Positions 62,401 through 64,000 of a DNA stretch of 64,000 nt are shown piece by piece (the stretch's first letter is position 1; each line of letters begins with the position of its first letter). Position numbers and translations under genes: made by a program. The stretch is from Cetorhinus maximus. Its lineage: Eukaryota. The notes beneath the pieces were generated by a model. That model made no database searches. It was given only the letters and a program-made list of their open reading frames with translations, and was not told where the DNA came from. Location of the stretch: positions 29,326,001-29,390,000 of the forward strand of contig NC_135903.1 of the NCBI RefSeq assembly GCF_964194155.1. The letters are read 5' to 3'.

Positions 62401-63379
62401 CTGCCTTTAATGTCATCCTCTGCCACTAGCTTCTTGAGCCTTCACACATACCATCAATCTTTGATCAATCACTTTTACCTCATCTTTTCCTACTCGCCCC
62501 TCAAGCTGTTCTCCCTGTCCAGTTCCATCTTTTCCAATAATATTCCATCTCCGGCATCAAGCAAACTCCCAAAAGCTCTTATCACCATTTATTTATACCC
62601 AAAGCTGTTCATAAGGTCTGTGAATGAACTGTATATAATGACTATCCAATCCAGTGTCCTTGTTTGATATTAAACTGTTGAACCATGGAGTGATTTCCTA
62701 AATTAACCTCTGTTAATGGACTTATGTATTTCAGTAAGTATCTTAGGCAGTTAAATGAAGAACTTAATGCAGTTTTGTGATATGGTTGTTTGCTTTAAGT
62801 GTCTACCAGTTGCTCTCCCACTATTGCAGAGAATTAGTCGGTCCATGGGCCCCTTTCTGAGCTAGTAACAGCAGTCATCATTTAAGAATAATCGTTCCAC
62901 TGTCGCCTGTTTTCTTAATTGTAGGTATTAGGCAGCAAAGTAAATTGAGATTTTGTGTCAGTTTGAACACAGAACGGGCTATATTTTCCAATTGCAATTT
63001 AATTGGTTTGAAATCATAATTCCTGTTACTGTAAAACTCAACCAATAGGTTACAGTCCACAGCAAGGCATATTTATACTGATGAGGAAATGGCTCTCCCT
63101 CTCTGTCTCAAACTGCCCACGGATAGAGACTTCTATACCACATAAACACATCATAACAGGACTCAGGAAAATTTCCAAGAGCACTGATGATAAATTGTGA
63201 GCAGAGTAAGAGAACAATCCCCTCTGATTGTGAAGTTGGATTGCAATCTCGAAAGCTGCATCCAATTCAACATGCATTCAACTTTGATTGTCTTTTGGAC
63301 CATGGGAGCCTAGCTACAACTTAGAAACCCATCTTCAGTATCTGTTGTTGCACCAAGGTCTTGGAAAAGCAGGCATTAT

Positions 63380-64000
63380 GAGCGGAATTTAATGCCCTCC
63401 CCCGTGGTGCGTTCGATGGCGAGGGGCATTTAATCAGGTGGGAGAGTAGCCAGTCAGGATCCCACCACCTTCCCTCCTCTACCCAAATGAAGTCTGTGGT
63501 GGGATGGCCTATGTGCAGCCTTTCTGCCTTGCCGCCAGTCGAGACCCTTAAAATTGAGCAAATAATACCCACTTAATAGCCTCATCTTGCTGCCGTTGGT
63601 ATTCACCCAGCTGCAGACATAAGTCTCGCCTTGCGGGATGCTCAAAAAGCAAACCTTATTGAAATTGCTTGCTGGCTTCCTGGGGGACAGGCACTTAAAG
63701 GCACTAAGTGCATGATTGAGCGACTTGGCATTGGGAAGGGAAGGGGGCACTATGAGCCATGCCACCTGCCCAAGCGGTTGAACCCTCCTGCCCTTGCTGC
63801 TGACCCTCCTCCCCTGTGACTCCCCCACCCCGCGACAACCCCTCTCACCCCCTTGGCTGGCTCCAAGGTAATCTGGCCTCGGGTGGGTGTAGTACTGGCA
63901 GCAACCATCACCTCCTGGGTGGCGCTGCCGAGCAATGAAGAGCTACCAGCCTCTGACTGACAGGCAGCTCTCAGCAGGAGGGACACCAGCCTCCGGGGCT
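63380..64000. mobile_element. Harbinger-type MITE running off the window end
   Basis: Starts GAGCGGAATTT (TIR-like); GC-rich; shares a segment with 48540-48580. Confidence 0.55.

Noticed and set aside
1-64000. CRISPR arrays, operons or prokaryotic defence systems
   Set aside because: No regularly spaced repeat-spacer arrays and no dense coding; the DNA is vertebrate-like and repeat-rich.

Overview
This is eukaryotic, repeat-dense DNA with no host protein-coding exon that I can recognise; it is probably intergenic or intronic. The repeat repertoire (CR1 LINEs with ATTCTATG-type tails, Deu-domain SINEs, Penelope-type fragments, Harbinger families) suggests a vertebrate, most likely a cartilaginous fish (inference). 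Main contents: (1) a PIF/Harbinger cluster, with two decayed near-complete copies (11651-16513 and 32149-37661) each carrying a 3-exon Myb/SANT-like gene and a convergent HARBI1-type DDE transposase, two transposase-less derivatives (16982-20357, 43536-45020), older remnants and several MITEs; (2) two copies of an APE+RT LINE (25727-28492, 56365-59467) plus a short SINE relative; (3) many CR1 and SINE fragments, a solo LTR, a degenerate hammerhead-ribozyme motif and a C-rich minisatellite. The most interesting observation is the LINE at 56365-59467. It starts with a tRNA-like box A/B head, has no room for ORF1, shares both its head and its tail with the free SINE at 29403-29770, and the two LINE copies share no T>=4 run. 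This pattern would fit an autonomous, Pol III-headed retrotransposon whose SINE is an internal deletion derivative. All coordinates were read by eye and family names are unverified.
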